64,000 nt of DNA, taken from Candidatus Uhrbacteria bacterium CG_4_9_14_3_um_filter_41_35. GTDB taxonomy: Bacteria > Patescibacteriota > Patescibacteriia > UBA9934. Positions within the stretch are counted from its first letter, which is position 1. Each line of letters starts with the position of its first letter. Below, one piece after another: positions 18,698-27,488 of this stretch. The notes below the pieces were generated by a model. That model made no database searches. It saw only the letters and a program-made list of their open reading frames with translations, and was not told the DNA's origin. The stretch spans positions 8,831-72,830 of the forward strand of contig PFWT01000006.1 in the NCBI GenBank assembly GCA_002791275.1, written 5' to 3'. The position numbers and the translations under genes were made by a program.

Positions 18698-21600
18698 TTA
18701 TAGATTTTTAGCCGAAATATCGAAGAATCGTTCAAAGAAACTTGTTAGCTTATTTAAAACATTTTCTCGTTTTTTGCCATAACCGCCATCAGGAGAAAAA
18801 CGAGATGGGCGATTTATCATTATTTTACTAATTACAGTACCGGTTGTCGCTACATTTCCGTCTCTAAAAGCATTATTTATGAATTTGTAGGTAGCTTCTG
18901 GGTCAAGGTTTTCATTTTCAATTATTTTGTTGAGTTCTTCAATTTTCTTTTCTTCTACAAATTTTTGCCAATCTTCATCAATGATTGAATGAACATCAAG
19001 AGAAGTAATAAATTTATTGATAAGATCTTTTTTATTTCGGAGTTCAACACTAGAATCAATGGCTTTATTAATATCAACTAAAAGCTCTTTGTTTTTAGTA
19101 TGATCTTCATGATAGTGCTTAATAAGACCTAGAACATAATCAATATTAATTTCTACTTGTTTAATAAGCTCCATTTCAAAGACCACATCGTCATTAACAT
19201 TTTCTTTTTCTCCCTCTTCACCTTTACGAAATTCATTATATAAATCAATGTACATGCTATGGTAATCTTGCACATCACGCTCAGTCAAAATTTCATTTCC
19301 TGCAAATTCATCAAAAGTTGTAAGGATGTTTCGGACACGCAAAACCGCTCCGTATGATCTAATAAAATCTGTTTGAATCTGCTCTCCTACAATCCTTTCT
19401 CCTACCGGGAAATTTTCCAAAAGCTCATCAATCAAACTTTTGTATCCTCGGACTTCTTTATCGTCGTCTTTATAACCATTGTAATAGTCATTATAAGCTT
19501 TAAGAAGAACAATCCCACTGGCTTCCTTATCTCCAAAAAGTGCAATAGATTCGTTTGTCGCTTTTTCTAAATTGCGAAAACAAACAATATTTCCAAAGGT
19601 TTTTACACTATTCAAAATACGATTAGTTCTAGAAAATGCTTGAAGTAAACCATGCAAACGCAAGTTTTTATCTACCCAAATGGTATTCAGAGTTGTAGCA
19701 TCAAATCCAGTCAAAAACATGTTTACTACAATCAGAATATCAATTTCTCTATTTTTAACTCGCTCACTAACATCTTTGTAATAGTTTTGAAATTTATCTG
19801 ACGAAGTATCATAAGAAGTGCCAAACATTTTATTGTAATCACTAATGGCATTTTCAAGAAAATCTCGAGAACTAATATCAAGTCCGCTTGTATCTTCAGA
19901 ATTTTCATCAATCATTCCGTCCGCGTCTTCATCATTTACTCCAAAACTAAAAATTGTTGCTATTTTAAGTCGTTTATCGCTAGGTTCGTCGGCTAATTGT
20001 TTTTTAAATTCAAGATAATACTTTTTTGCCACATCAATAGAAGAAACGGCGAAAATTGAATTAAAGCCCGCTAGTCTGCGATCCTGTATTTTATAAAAAC
20101 TATTTCGTTTGGTTTTTTGGTCAAAGTGTTCCCGAATATATTTCACAATGTTTTCCAGTCGCTCCGGTGCTGAAAGAACAGCCTCGCGATCAATATCACG
20201 AACTTGAGCGTCTTCAATATTTTCCGCTTCATGAACGGTTGAAACATAATCAACTTTAAACGGTAAAACATTTTTGTCAGCAATAGCGTTAACAATTGTA
20301 TAGGTGTGAAGTTTCTCGCCAAAAGCCTGCTCGGTAGTTTTAAAATCAAGCCGACCACCAGATGAAGAATTTACAGCAAAAATAGGCGTGCCAGTAAAAC
20401 CAAATAAATGATATTTACTAAATGCTTTTACAATACTTGCATGCATATCGCCAAATTGCGAACGATGACATTCATCAAAAATTAAAACAATATGACCGTC
20501 AAAAATAGTATGATTTTTATTTTTACTTATAAATCTATCTAATTTTTGAATTGTGGTAACGATTATTCGAGAGTTTGAATCTTCTAACTGTTTTTTTAAT
20601 TTAGCTGTACTCGTATTACTGTTCGCCGCCCCTTTTTCAAATTTATCGTATTCTCGCATTGTTTGATAATCCAAGTCTTTACGATCAACTACAAACAATA
20701 CTTTGTCTATATACGGCAATTTACTAGCCAACTGAGCAGTCTTAAAACTTGTCAAAGTTTTTCCCGATCCGGTTGTATGCCAAACATAACCGCCAGCCTC
20801 AACTGTTCCGAGTTTTTTATAATTTGTACTAACCTCAACCCTGTTCAATATTCGTTCGGTCGCAACAATTTGATATGGCCTCATTACCAAAAGTTGCTTT
20901 TCGGTAGTAAATACGCAATATTTAGTTAGAATATTTAAAATCGTATGCTTAGCAAAAAATGTTTTGGCAAAATCCATTAAATCAGTAATCGGCCGATTGG
21001 TTGCGTCTGCCCACCAGCTCGTAAATTCAAAACTATTGCTCGATTTTTTTCCTTTTTTAATTTTACCCTCGCTTGATTCTTTTATGTGTTGAAATCTGGT
21101 TGTATTGCTGTAATATTTTGTATGAGTTCCGTTTGAGATGATAAATAACTGCACATATTCAAAAAGTCCGCTGGAAGCCCAAAAACTTTCTCGTTGATAA
21201 CGATTAATTTGATTAAATGCTTCGGAAATAGCAACTCCACGGCGTTTTAACTCAATATGAATAAGAGGTAGTCCATTCACAAGTACCGTCACATCATAAC
21301 GATTAGCCCGCTGTCCGTCTTCGGTCGTATATTGATTAATTACTTGCAGGCTATTATTATGGACATTTTTCTTATCTATCAAGTCTATATTTTTAAAAGT
21401 TCCGTCATCTCGGTCTAATATTTTCGTGCTGTCTTCTTGAATAGTAGTGGTTTTTTCTTCAATACTCTGATTTGGATTAGCGATAACACTCACAAAAAAC
21501 TTTTCCCATTCAGTATCTGAAAAAGTAAAATTATTTAATTTTTCCAGCTGCTGACGCAAGTTTAACACCAATTCATTTTCTGAAGTGATATTCAAATATT

Positions 21601-21754
21601 CATACGCTTGAGTTTCCAGTTGCTTAATAAAAGCACGCTCAAGCTCGGCCTCACTTTGGTAGTGAGCCACTCTTTTTTCATCAGACACATACTCGGAAAC
21701 AACCGTGCTTTGTGTGCTTTCAGCGACTAAATTGTATTTGTTCTTATTTGGCAT
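18698..21754 (-). CDS. hsdR: Type I restriction enzyme R subunit (HsdR), type IC (EcoR124I-like)
   Basis: 1018 aa with DEAD-box helicase motifs (GSGKTLTSFK; FVVDRKDLDYQT; DECHRSQFG) and the PD-(D/E)xK nuclease region (NRYDVTVLVNGLPLIHIELKRRG). Long colinear identity to EcoR124I HsdR as recalled from memory. 11-bp overlap with hsdS. Confidence 0.95.
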   Translation of the reverse strand: MPNKNKYNLVAESTQSTVVSEYVSDEKRVAHYQSEAELERAFIKQLETQAYEYLNITSENELVLNLRQQLEKLNNFTFSDTEWEKFFVSVIANPNQSIEEKTTTIQEDSTKILDRDDGTFKNIDLIDKKNVHNNSLQVINQYTTEDGQRANRYDVTVLVNGLPLIHIELKRRGVAISEAFNQINRYQRESFWASSGLFEYVQLFIISNGTHTKYYSNTTRFQHIKESSEGKIKKGKKSSNSFEFTSWWADATNRPITDLMDFAKTFFAKHTILNILTKYCVFTTEKQLLVMRPYQIVATERILNRVEVSTNYKKLGTVEAGGYVWHTTGSGKTLTSFKTAQLASKLPYIDKVLFVVDRKDLDYQTMREYDKFEKGAANSNTSTAKLKKQLEDSNSRIIVTTIQKLDRFISKNKNHTIFDGHIVLIFDECHRSQFGDMHASIVKAFSKYHLFGFTGTPIFAVNSSSGGRLDFKTTEQAFGEKLHTYTIVNAIADKNVLPFKVDYVSTVHEAENIEDAQVRDIDREAVLSAPERLENIVKYIREHFDQKTKRNSFYKIQDRRLAGFNSIFAVSSIDVAKKYYLEFKKQLADEPSDKRLKIATIFSFGVNDEDADGMIDENSEDTSGLDISSRDFLENAISDYNKMFGTSYDTSSDKFQNYYKDVSERVKNREIDILIVVNMFLTGFDATTLNTIWVDKNLRLHGLLQAFSRTNRILNSVKTFGNIVCFRNLEKATNESIALFGDKEASGIVLLKAYNDYYNGYKDDDKEVRGYKSLIDELLENFPVGERIVGEQIQTDFIRSYGAVLRVRNILTTFDEFAGNEILTERDVQDYHSMYIDLYNEFRKGEEGEKENVNDDVVFEMELIKQVEINIDYVLGLIKHYHEDHTKNKELLVDINKAIDSSVELRNKKDLINKFITSLDVHSIIDEDWQKFVEEKKIEELNKIIENENLDPEATYKFINNAFRDGNVATTGTVISKIMINRPSRFSPDGGYGKKRENVLNKLTSFFERFFDISAKNL

Positions 21755-22865
21755 ATTCTTTTTCTTTGAAAGTTAAAAGTTTCCCGCGGTAATATTCATA
21801 TTGCTGTCTGCGAGCTTTGAGTTCAGCGGGAAGACCGATTGAAATGTCATTTACAAGTGCATCAAATTTGTCGAGGATTGAAACTATTCTTTTTTGTTCG
21901 GTAAGTGGAGGTGTTGGGATTTTTATTTGATTTAAAATTGCCTGAGTTAAACTTGGACGTCCTGATCCTGTATCCAATTTCATTAAATCAACAGTTTTCA
22001 AATAGTGAAATAAAAACTTTGGAATAATTTTTTCTTCGTTTATTTCAGTATAATAAATAGTATCTACATTCCAAAACGGATCCTCTAAATAGTAAAGGTT
22101 TGTAATACTTCCTTTTCTTGGAATTAAAACAGTAGGCTTATCGTAGACCGATTTATTTACATAACCCATAACCCCTCCTGTGCCATAAACAGGAATTTTA
22201 CCATTTCCTAACTTCTTCCAGTCTTTTCCATTCTTAATCTTTGCAACACCTTGTAGTAAATCCCATTTTGAATTCGCATCAAAAGTCAACAACTCATTGC
22301 GATAATGCTCATACTGCTTTTTTCTTGCTTCCAGTTCTGCTTCCAGTTCTGCTTCCAGTTCTGCTTCCAGTTCTGTAAAACTATTAAGAATTTTAACAAT
22401 TTCTTCTTGGATGGCAAGAGGTGGGATGGGGATTAAAGTTTTTTTCAGAAAACTAAAGTGTCTTGTGTATTTACCTGTTTTTGAATAAAAATTATTTAAA
22501 GCATAGTAAAAATATTTTATATTTAATATATTTGAATTTGTTTTTAGAATTTTAATACCGTCCGCCCCTTGAGCAAAAGAAAAATCAATATATTTTAGTG
22601 CCTCAGTGTGGTCTCCGAAAATAACATATAAATCTTTAGCCATAACTGCAGCATTATCATCAGTATAGCCAACAATAAAATCTTGTCCTTGATCTATGAT
22701 AGGAAATTCACCTATTTCCTTGTAGTATTTTTTTGTAAGCTTTTTAGGAGGAGCACAGGTTGTTACGATTTTATTTATAAGCAAATTATCAATATCAAAA
22801 AACTCCACACCTGCTGGGCATAGTTCTGAGATTAGTTTTTCGATTTTTGGTTGGTTGGTTGTCAT
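21744..22865 (-). CDS. hsdS: Type I restriction-modification specificity subunit (HsdS), type IC-like with (ELEA)4 central repeat
   Basis: Two target-recognition halves, each ending in a conserved coiled-coil (ELEARKKQYEHYRNELLTF and ELKARRQQYEYYRGKLLTF). A central tandem 4-aa repeat TELEAELEAELEAELEA is encoded by a 12-bp DNA repeat. 373 aa. Confidence 0.85.
   Translation of the reverse strand: MTTNQPKIEKLISELCPAGVEFFDIDNLLINKIVTTCAPPKKLTKKYYKEIGEFPIIDQGQDFIVGYTDDNAAVMAKDLYVIFGDHTEALKYIDFSFAQGADGIKILKTNSNILNIKYFYYALNNFYSKTGKYTRHFSFLKKTLIPIPPLAIQEEIVKILNSFTELEAELEAELEAELEARKKQYEHYRNELLTFDANSKWDLLQGVAKIKNGKDWKKLGNGKIPVYGTGGVMGYVNKSVYDKPTVLIPRKGSITNLYYLEDPFWNVDTIYYTEINEEKIIPKFLFHYLKTVDLMKLDTGSGRPSLTQAILNQIKIPTPPLTEQKRIVSILDKFDALVNDISIGLPAELKARRQQYEYYRGKLLTFKEKEYAK
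22321..22385 (-). repeat. 12-bp tandem repeat (ttccagttctgc)x4 plus a degenerate fifth unit inside hsdS; encodes ELEA repeats in the central spacer-length-determining region
   Basis: Direct reading: cttgc TTCCAGTTCTGC x4 TTCCAGTTCTGT. Confidence 0.9.
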
Positions 22866-24328
22866 ACTAATAATGGAATTAAAGATTCAATGGAAGTTTT
22901 AAGTTCTTCATCTGTAAATTTTGTATTATTTGGATTTTCGGGGTGGTGAATTATATTTCTAATTTTAGTGGGTAAGGTAGTATTGTATTCAATAACGGTT
23001 TTGTCTGACTTTAAATGTTTATACTTTTTGTCTATTTTAATAGCTTCACCACTTTTATTAAAAAGATATTTATCAAAATCTTCTGATTTACAATATTTCT
23101 CGTCTTCTAAAATAGCTTTTGCTTGAATAAAACCATAAAGCTCGTTGTGAAATTCAACAGATAAAACGCCAAACGCATAATAATTAATTTCCCCCCAAGA
23201 AGGACTTGAGGATCCAAACAAATCGAATTCATTGCCAGCTTCAACTTTGTTCATTCCTGAATCTTTTGAGAATATATTCATTGAATGGGTTTCTTTTTTA
23301 TATTTTTTCAATAAATATGGTGAGTGAGTAATTATAAAAATTTGTGACTTGTCGGATATTTTTTCAAGGGCGTCAAGAAGTTTGTTTTGAGCTTGCGGAT
23401 GTAAAAAAGTTTCTGGCTCATCAATAAAAAATAGTATTGGTTTAGAAATTCCGTTTTCATCTGATGAAGAAATATCAGCATACACTTGAATAAGTGCTAA
23501 TGCTAAGGCTCGTTGCATTCCTGTACCTTTTTCAGAACTTTTTGTTTCAATGCCATTTTCAGATAGAGCAATATTCCCCGTTTTGAAAAAACTCTCAATT
23601 TCAGGTAATAAAAAACTAAATCTTACTTCTGTTTCTCCGTACTGTTCAGACAAAATACTTTGTATTTTTTGTTCAACTGGTTGTAGCGTTTTAGCTAAAC
23701 TATTTTCGCCCTCTCCAAAAGTTTCTTTATGAGAATTTTGAAAATTTCTCCAAGTATCAGAAGTAATAAAATCTTTTGTTATCGTATTTATAATTTTTCC
23801 GCTAATTTTTGTTTTTGAAAAATCAGAAATATCACCAGAATTTGTATCAGCCCAAACAAACTGTGCATCAAAAAGTGCCGTAATTGTATTATCTATTCCT
23901 GTAGGATTCTCAAATTGGTTTGCAGTTGGATTAAACACACGAACATTTTTAATATCAAGCTTCTTTTTCTTTCCGTCTTGTGTAATTTCTTTTTCTTCGC
24001 TAGAACGCATTATGCGTAAACTTTTTTCACCATTAGTATCAATGAGGGAAGATTTATATTTTTTTAAGGCATCTATTTCAACAATAGATTCAATATCCTC
24101 ACCTTTGAATTCAATTTCAATAGAAACAAAACTATCTGTTTCAATTTCTGTCTTAGTGATGACTTCACTTCTATCCTTTTTTGAGCGTATAAAGTCAATA
24201 GCTTCAAAAACTGATGATTTGCCACAATTATTGTCACCAACAAAAAAATTCACGCCTTTGTCAAAAAGAATTTCGTGATCACCTTTAAAGCCTTTAAAAT
24301 TATGGAGTTTTATTTTTGATATATACAT
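22862..24328 (-). CDS. ABC-type ATPase fused to a C-terminal HEPN-like (Rx4H) domain; PrrC/RloC-like putative anticodon nuclease / restriction-linked abortive-infection protein
   Basis: Walker A FVGDNNCGKSS, ABC-signature-like SEKGTGMQRA, Walker B PILFFIDEPETFLH and H-loop IITHSP. The ~145-aa C-terminal domain carries KIRNIIHHPENPN (R-x4-H). 4-bp overlap with the hsdS start. 488 aa. Confidence 0.55.
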   Translation of the reverse strand: MYISKIKLHNFKGFKGDHEILFDKGVNFFVGDNNCGKSSVFEAIDFIRSKKDRSEVITKTEIETDSFVSIEIEFKGEDIESIVEIDALKKYKSSLIDTNGEKSLRIMRSSEEKEITQDGKKKKLDIKNVRVFNPTANQFENPTGIDNTITALFDAQFVWADTNSGDISDFSKTKISGKIINTITKDFITSDTWRNFQNSHKETFGEGENSLAKTLQPVEQKIQSILSEQYGETEVRFSFLLPEIESFFKTGNIALSENGIETKSSEKGTGMQRALALALIQVYADISSSDENGISKPILFFIDEPETFLHPQAQNKLLDALEKISDKSQIFIITHSPYLLKKYKKETHSMNIFSKDSGMNKVEAGNEFDLFGSSSPSWGEINYYAFGVLSVEFHNELYGFIQAKAILEDEKYCKSEDFDKYLFNKSGEAIKIDKKYKHLKSDKTVIEYNTTLPTKIRNIIHHPENPNNTKFTDEELKTSIESLIPLLV

Positions 24329-24337
24329 AATTTTTAA

Positions 24338-24420
24338 TGATTTTTTTCAATATCCGCCATAATCTCATCAATCGCCGTCCTAAGCTCATTTTGCCCCACT
24401 GCAATTTTTAATTTCGCGTT
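24338..24420 (-). pseudogene. 3'-terminal remnant of an hsdM gene (encodes ...KIAVGQNELRTAIDEIMADIEKNH*); there is no start codon, and a stop lies a few codons upstream
   Basis: Nucleotide and peptide similarity to the 3' end of the intact hsdM at 25487.. (IVARQNELRNAIDEIVVDIEGTN*). It has the same spacing to the downstream gene start as hsdM has to dinD. Confidence 0.65.
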
Positions 24421-24628
24421 TGTTATATTATATTTCAGCCATTTTACAAGCTAACTGAATCTCTTCATCTTGGCTTTCTAACCACAGATCAACGTCTAAC
24501 TTATGTTCAGTTTTATTTTGGCTAATCATCTCCAATACAGGTTTTTTGTATTTAGATCAATAAATTTGGCACCATTATTGTCCTCAAAGAATTTTAATAC
24601 GTTTTCTACATTTATTGGATTTTTCATA

Positions 24629-25477
24629 TTATCCTTCATTATCCTTTAAAAATTTTTTATCATCATTCCCAAGATAGTTTTTCTCACTAATTACACTTCT
24701 ACCAAGCTCTTTTTCAGTTTCCTTCCTCGCGTTGCCTGCCACCTTACCACCTCTTTTGGCTACTCTTTTACTTTCAGTAATTCCTTTTGGTTTTTCTTGA
24801 CTCGATATTTCCGTGGTAACTTTTTCGCCAAGCATTGTAAAAATAAGCTCGAGATCCGTCATATTGTCTCTAAGATTTGCCTTAGATTTATCGGGAATAT
24901 TTTTGAGCTTCATATATTCGCTCGGCGTCATTCCAAAAGTCGCTTTGCTGATTTCTGCGGTCAAAATAGCATAGTCTCTTTGCTCTGTGATTCCTCTCTG
25001 TTTCCATTCATCCGTTAAATTTTGACGGATAGCAATTCCACGAAGTCTTTTGTCTATCCAATCTTGAGGATAGCCCTTTGCTTCATAGAGCTTTTTCATT
25101 CTTTCTTGGGCCAGTTCTGGATTTTCTATTTCCTCGATTCTTTCATAACCCACTTTGGCAAGCCACCTTTTGAAAGGTTCAGCTTTTGGAGAAGGGATGG
25201 ACTGGATAATTCTTAAAATCCCTTCAGTATTTGCACAATCTGTTTCTCTCATTTTTCCGTCTGGTGCAAGGAGTTTCAACCCGTGACAAAATGTCACGAC
25301 TTCACTTCCTTCTTCATTAAGTCTCTGTTTTAATTTTCTCCAATAAGCTCCCGCATCAGGACTTTCTGTAAGAGCAAAACATATATCAACGACCGAAAAA
25401 TACCATTCTTCATTATGCCAAATTTTACGAATTTGTTTTTTTTCAAACAGTGCGATTTTGTTGTGAGTATTTGCCAT
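24629..25477 (-). CDS. DinD-like / Bro-N domain protein (DNA-damage-inducible protein D family)
   Basis: N-terminal Bro-N-like segment (KIALFEKKQIRKIWHNEEWYFSVVDICFAL). The C-terminal region (KSKANLRDNMTDLELIFTMLGEKVTTEI; basic tail KRVAKRGGKVAGNARKE) resembles E. coli DinD as recalled from memory. 282 aa, 9 bp downstream of hsdM. Confidence 0.6.
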   Translation of the reverse strand: MANTHNKIALFEKKQIRKIWHNEEWYFSVVDICFALTESPDAGAYWRKLKQRLNEEGSEVVTFCHGLKLLAPDGKMRETDCANTEGILRIIQSIPSPKAEPFKRWLAKVGYERIEEIENPELAQERMKKLYEAKGYPQDWIDKRLRGIAIRQNLTDEWKQRGITEQRDYAILTAEISKATFGMTPSEYMKLKNIPDKSKANLRDNMTDLELIFTMLGEKVTTEISSQEKPKGITESKRVAKRGGKVAGNARKETEKELGRSVISEKNYLGNDDKKFLKDNEG

Positions 25478-25486
25478 ATTACTATT

Positions 25487-27064
25487 TTAGTTAGTTCCTT
25501 CAATATCCACCACAATCTCATCAATCGCATTTCGAAGCTCATTTTGCCTTGCGACAATTTGGGAAATTTTACTGTTAAGTTCTTTTATATCAATTATTTC
25601 GCGAGTATCTTCTGCTACTACATAACTTGATACTGCAATATTATAATCATTTTCGCTAATAGTTTTATTATCCACCAGTTTTGCAAAATACTCTGTGTCT
25701 TTACGCTCAATAAACGCATTAAGAATTTTTTTGCGATTTTCTTCACTTAATTTGTTTTTATTTCCACCTCGCACAAATTCTTTAGAAGCGTCTATAAACA
25801 AAGTCTTATTATCTTTTTTACTTTTTTTCAATATAACAACACAGGTTGCGATAGTTGTTCCGAAAAAGAGATCGGGCGGTAATTGTATAACTGAATCTAT
25901 GTAGTTATTATCAATCAAATATTTACGGATTTTTTGTTCAGCTCCACCACGATAAAGAACCCCCGGAAATTCAACAATTGCCGCGGTTCCGCTGGTTGAG
26001 AGCCAAGAAAGCATGTGCATGGTAAACGCTAGATCTGCCTTGCTTTTTGGTGCCAAAACTCCTGCGGGAGAAAAACGAGGATCATTTATTATTAAAGGAT
26101 TGGCATCGCCGTCCCACTTGATTGAATATGGCGGATTGGAAACAATGGCGTCAAAAGGTTCATCGTCCCAGTGTTTTGGATCAGTAAGAGTATCACCATG
26201 GGCAATATCAAAATTGTTATAATTGATATCATGCAAAAACATGTTTATACGGCAGAGGTTGTAGGTAGTGAGGTTTATTTCCTGTCCGTAGAAACCAAGA
26301 CGAACATTGTCTTTACCGAGCACTTTTGCAAATTTAAGAAGAAGTGAACCGGAACCGCAACAAGGATCATAAACTTTATTTACTTCTGTTTTACCAACGG
26401 TTGTAATTTCAGCCAAAAGTTCACTTACTTCTTGAGGGGTAAAAAATTCTCCTCCAGATTTACCAGCATTTGAAGCATACATGGTCATCAAAAATTCATA
26501 AGCATCACCGAAAGCGTCAATTGTGTTATCTCCATAATCACCCAAGCGAAGATCACCGATAGCTTCTAACAGTTTTACAAGTTTTTGATTTCTTTTCTCA
26601 ACTGTTCCGCCTAGCTTATTTGAGTTCACATCCAAGTCATCAAACAATCCTTTAAGATCGTCTTCGCTATCAAATCCTTTGGCAGAATTTTCGATATTAT
26701 CAAAAACCTTAGAAAGTGTTTCGTTAAGCTTTGCATCGCTACGGGCATTTTTATGAACATTTATAAAAAGTTCGCTCGGCAGAATATAAAAACCTTTATT
26801 AATTATTGTTTCTATTCTACCAAATTCCGCTTCTTTATCACTCAACTTAATATAATCAAATTGTTCTTGTCCGAAAACTCGCCTTTCATCTTCATTGATA
26901 AAGTTAGTTAGATTTTCGCTAATGAAACGATAAAAAAGCATTCCAAGAACATACTGTTTAAAATCCCAGCCGTCGACACTTCCTCGCAAGTCATTCGCAA
27001 TTTGCCAAATAGCACGATGTAACTCCGAGCGTTCTTGCTCTTTTGTTGTATTTAAATTTGTCAT
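25487..27064 (-). CDS. hsdM: Type I restriction-modification N6-adenine DNA methyltransferase (HsdM), type IC (EcoR124I-like)
   Basis: Motif I DPCCGSGSLLL and motif IV VSNPPYSIKW. N- and C-terminal regions colinear with EcoR124I HsdM (recalled). 525 aa. Confidence 0.95.
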   Translation of the reverse strand: MTNLNTTKEQERSELHRAIWQIANDLRGSVDGWDFKQYVLGMLFYRFISENLTNFINEDERRVFGQEQFDYIKLSDKEAEFGRIETIINKGFYILPSELFINVHKNARSDAKLNETLSKVFDNIENSAKGFDSEDDLKGLFDDLDVNSNKLGGTVEKRNQKLVKLLEAIGDLRLGDYGDNTIDAFGDAYEFLMTMYASNAGKSGGEFFTPQEVSELLAEITTVGKTEVNKVYDPCCGSGSLLLKFAKVLGKDNVRLGFYGQEINLTTYNLCRINMFLHDINYNNFDIAHGDTLTDPKHWDDEPFDAIVSNPPYSIKWDGDANPLIINDPRFSPAGVLAPKSKADLAFTMHMLSWLSTSGTAAIVEFPGVLYRGGAEQKIRKYLIDNNYIDSVIQLPPDLFFGTTIATCVVILKKSKKDNKTLFIDASKEFVRGGNKNKLSEENRKKILNAFIERKDTEYFAKLVDNKTISENDYNIAVSSYVVAEDTREIIDIKELNSKISQIVARQNELRNAIDEIVVDIEGTN

Positions 27065-27066
27065 AA

Positions 27067-27276
27067 TTATTTAATTAAATCATCTACACCAACACCAAAG
27101 GCATTAGCAATTTTGGTTAGCGTGTCGATAGTAGGATTCTTGTTTGCACCACTCTCAACAGTAACCACGGTATTTAAAGAAAGGTCCGCTAATTTTGAAA
27201 GGCGATCTTGCGAAATACTCTGTTCTACGCGCAATCGTTTAATGTTTTTTCCGATGTTATTTTTAAAATTTTGCAT
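27067..27276 (-). CDS. XRE-family helix-turn-helix transcriptional regulator (69 aa), 3 bp upstream of hsdM
   Basis: HTH_3 pattern IKRLRVEQSISQDRLSKLADLSLNTVVTVESG. Confidence 0.8.
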   Translation of the reverse strand: MQNFKNNIGKNIKRLRVEQSISQDRLSKLADLSLNTVVTVESGANKNPTIDTLTKIANAFGVGVDDLIK

Positions 27277-27385
27277 ACAATATAATGTATAGGTTTTGTT
27301 GAATAATATTACTTTAAATTCCTCCTGTCAAAAAAGTTGTTCCGCCAATAGGTGGAACTCCATATATTATCCTCATCAAAAAAGT

Positions 27386-27488
27386 GTTTCCGTGGTGGAG
27401 CGGAAAAAACCATTTTTCCCCTAATTAAAAGAAAAATAAATTTGAAAATTTGTTAAAACAAGTGGACGCTAGGCGCCACGGAAACTAA
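27386..27488. promoter_or_regulatory. Candidate operator/promoter region upstream of the XRE-hsdM operon, containing inverted repeats gtttccgtggtg / gccacggaaac about 88 bp apart and the near-palindrome gttccgccaataggtggaac (27331..27350)
   Basis: Inverted repeats read directly from the sequence; function inferred. Confidence 0.3.

Noticed and set aside
18587-18700. Searched for a direct repeat of the tRNA-Val 3' end (att site) at the far border of the R-M island
   Set aside because: No match to tggtgggcgctgagggactcgaacc or its complement was seen by eye; the island-insertion hypothesis remains unproven.
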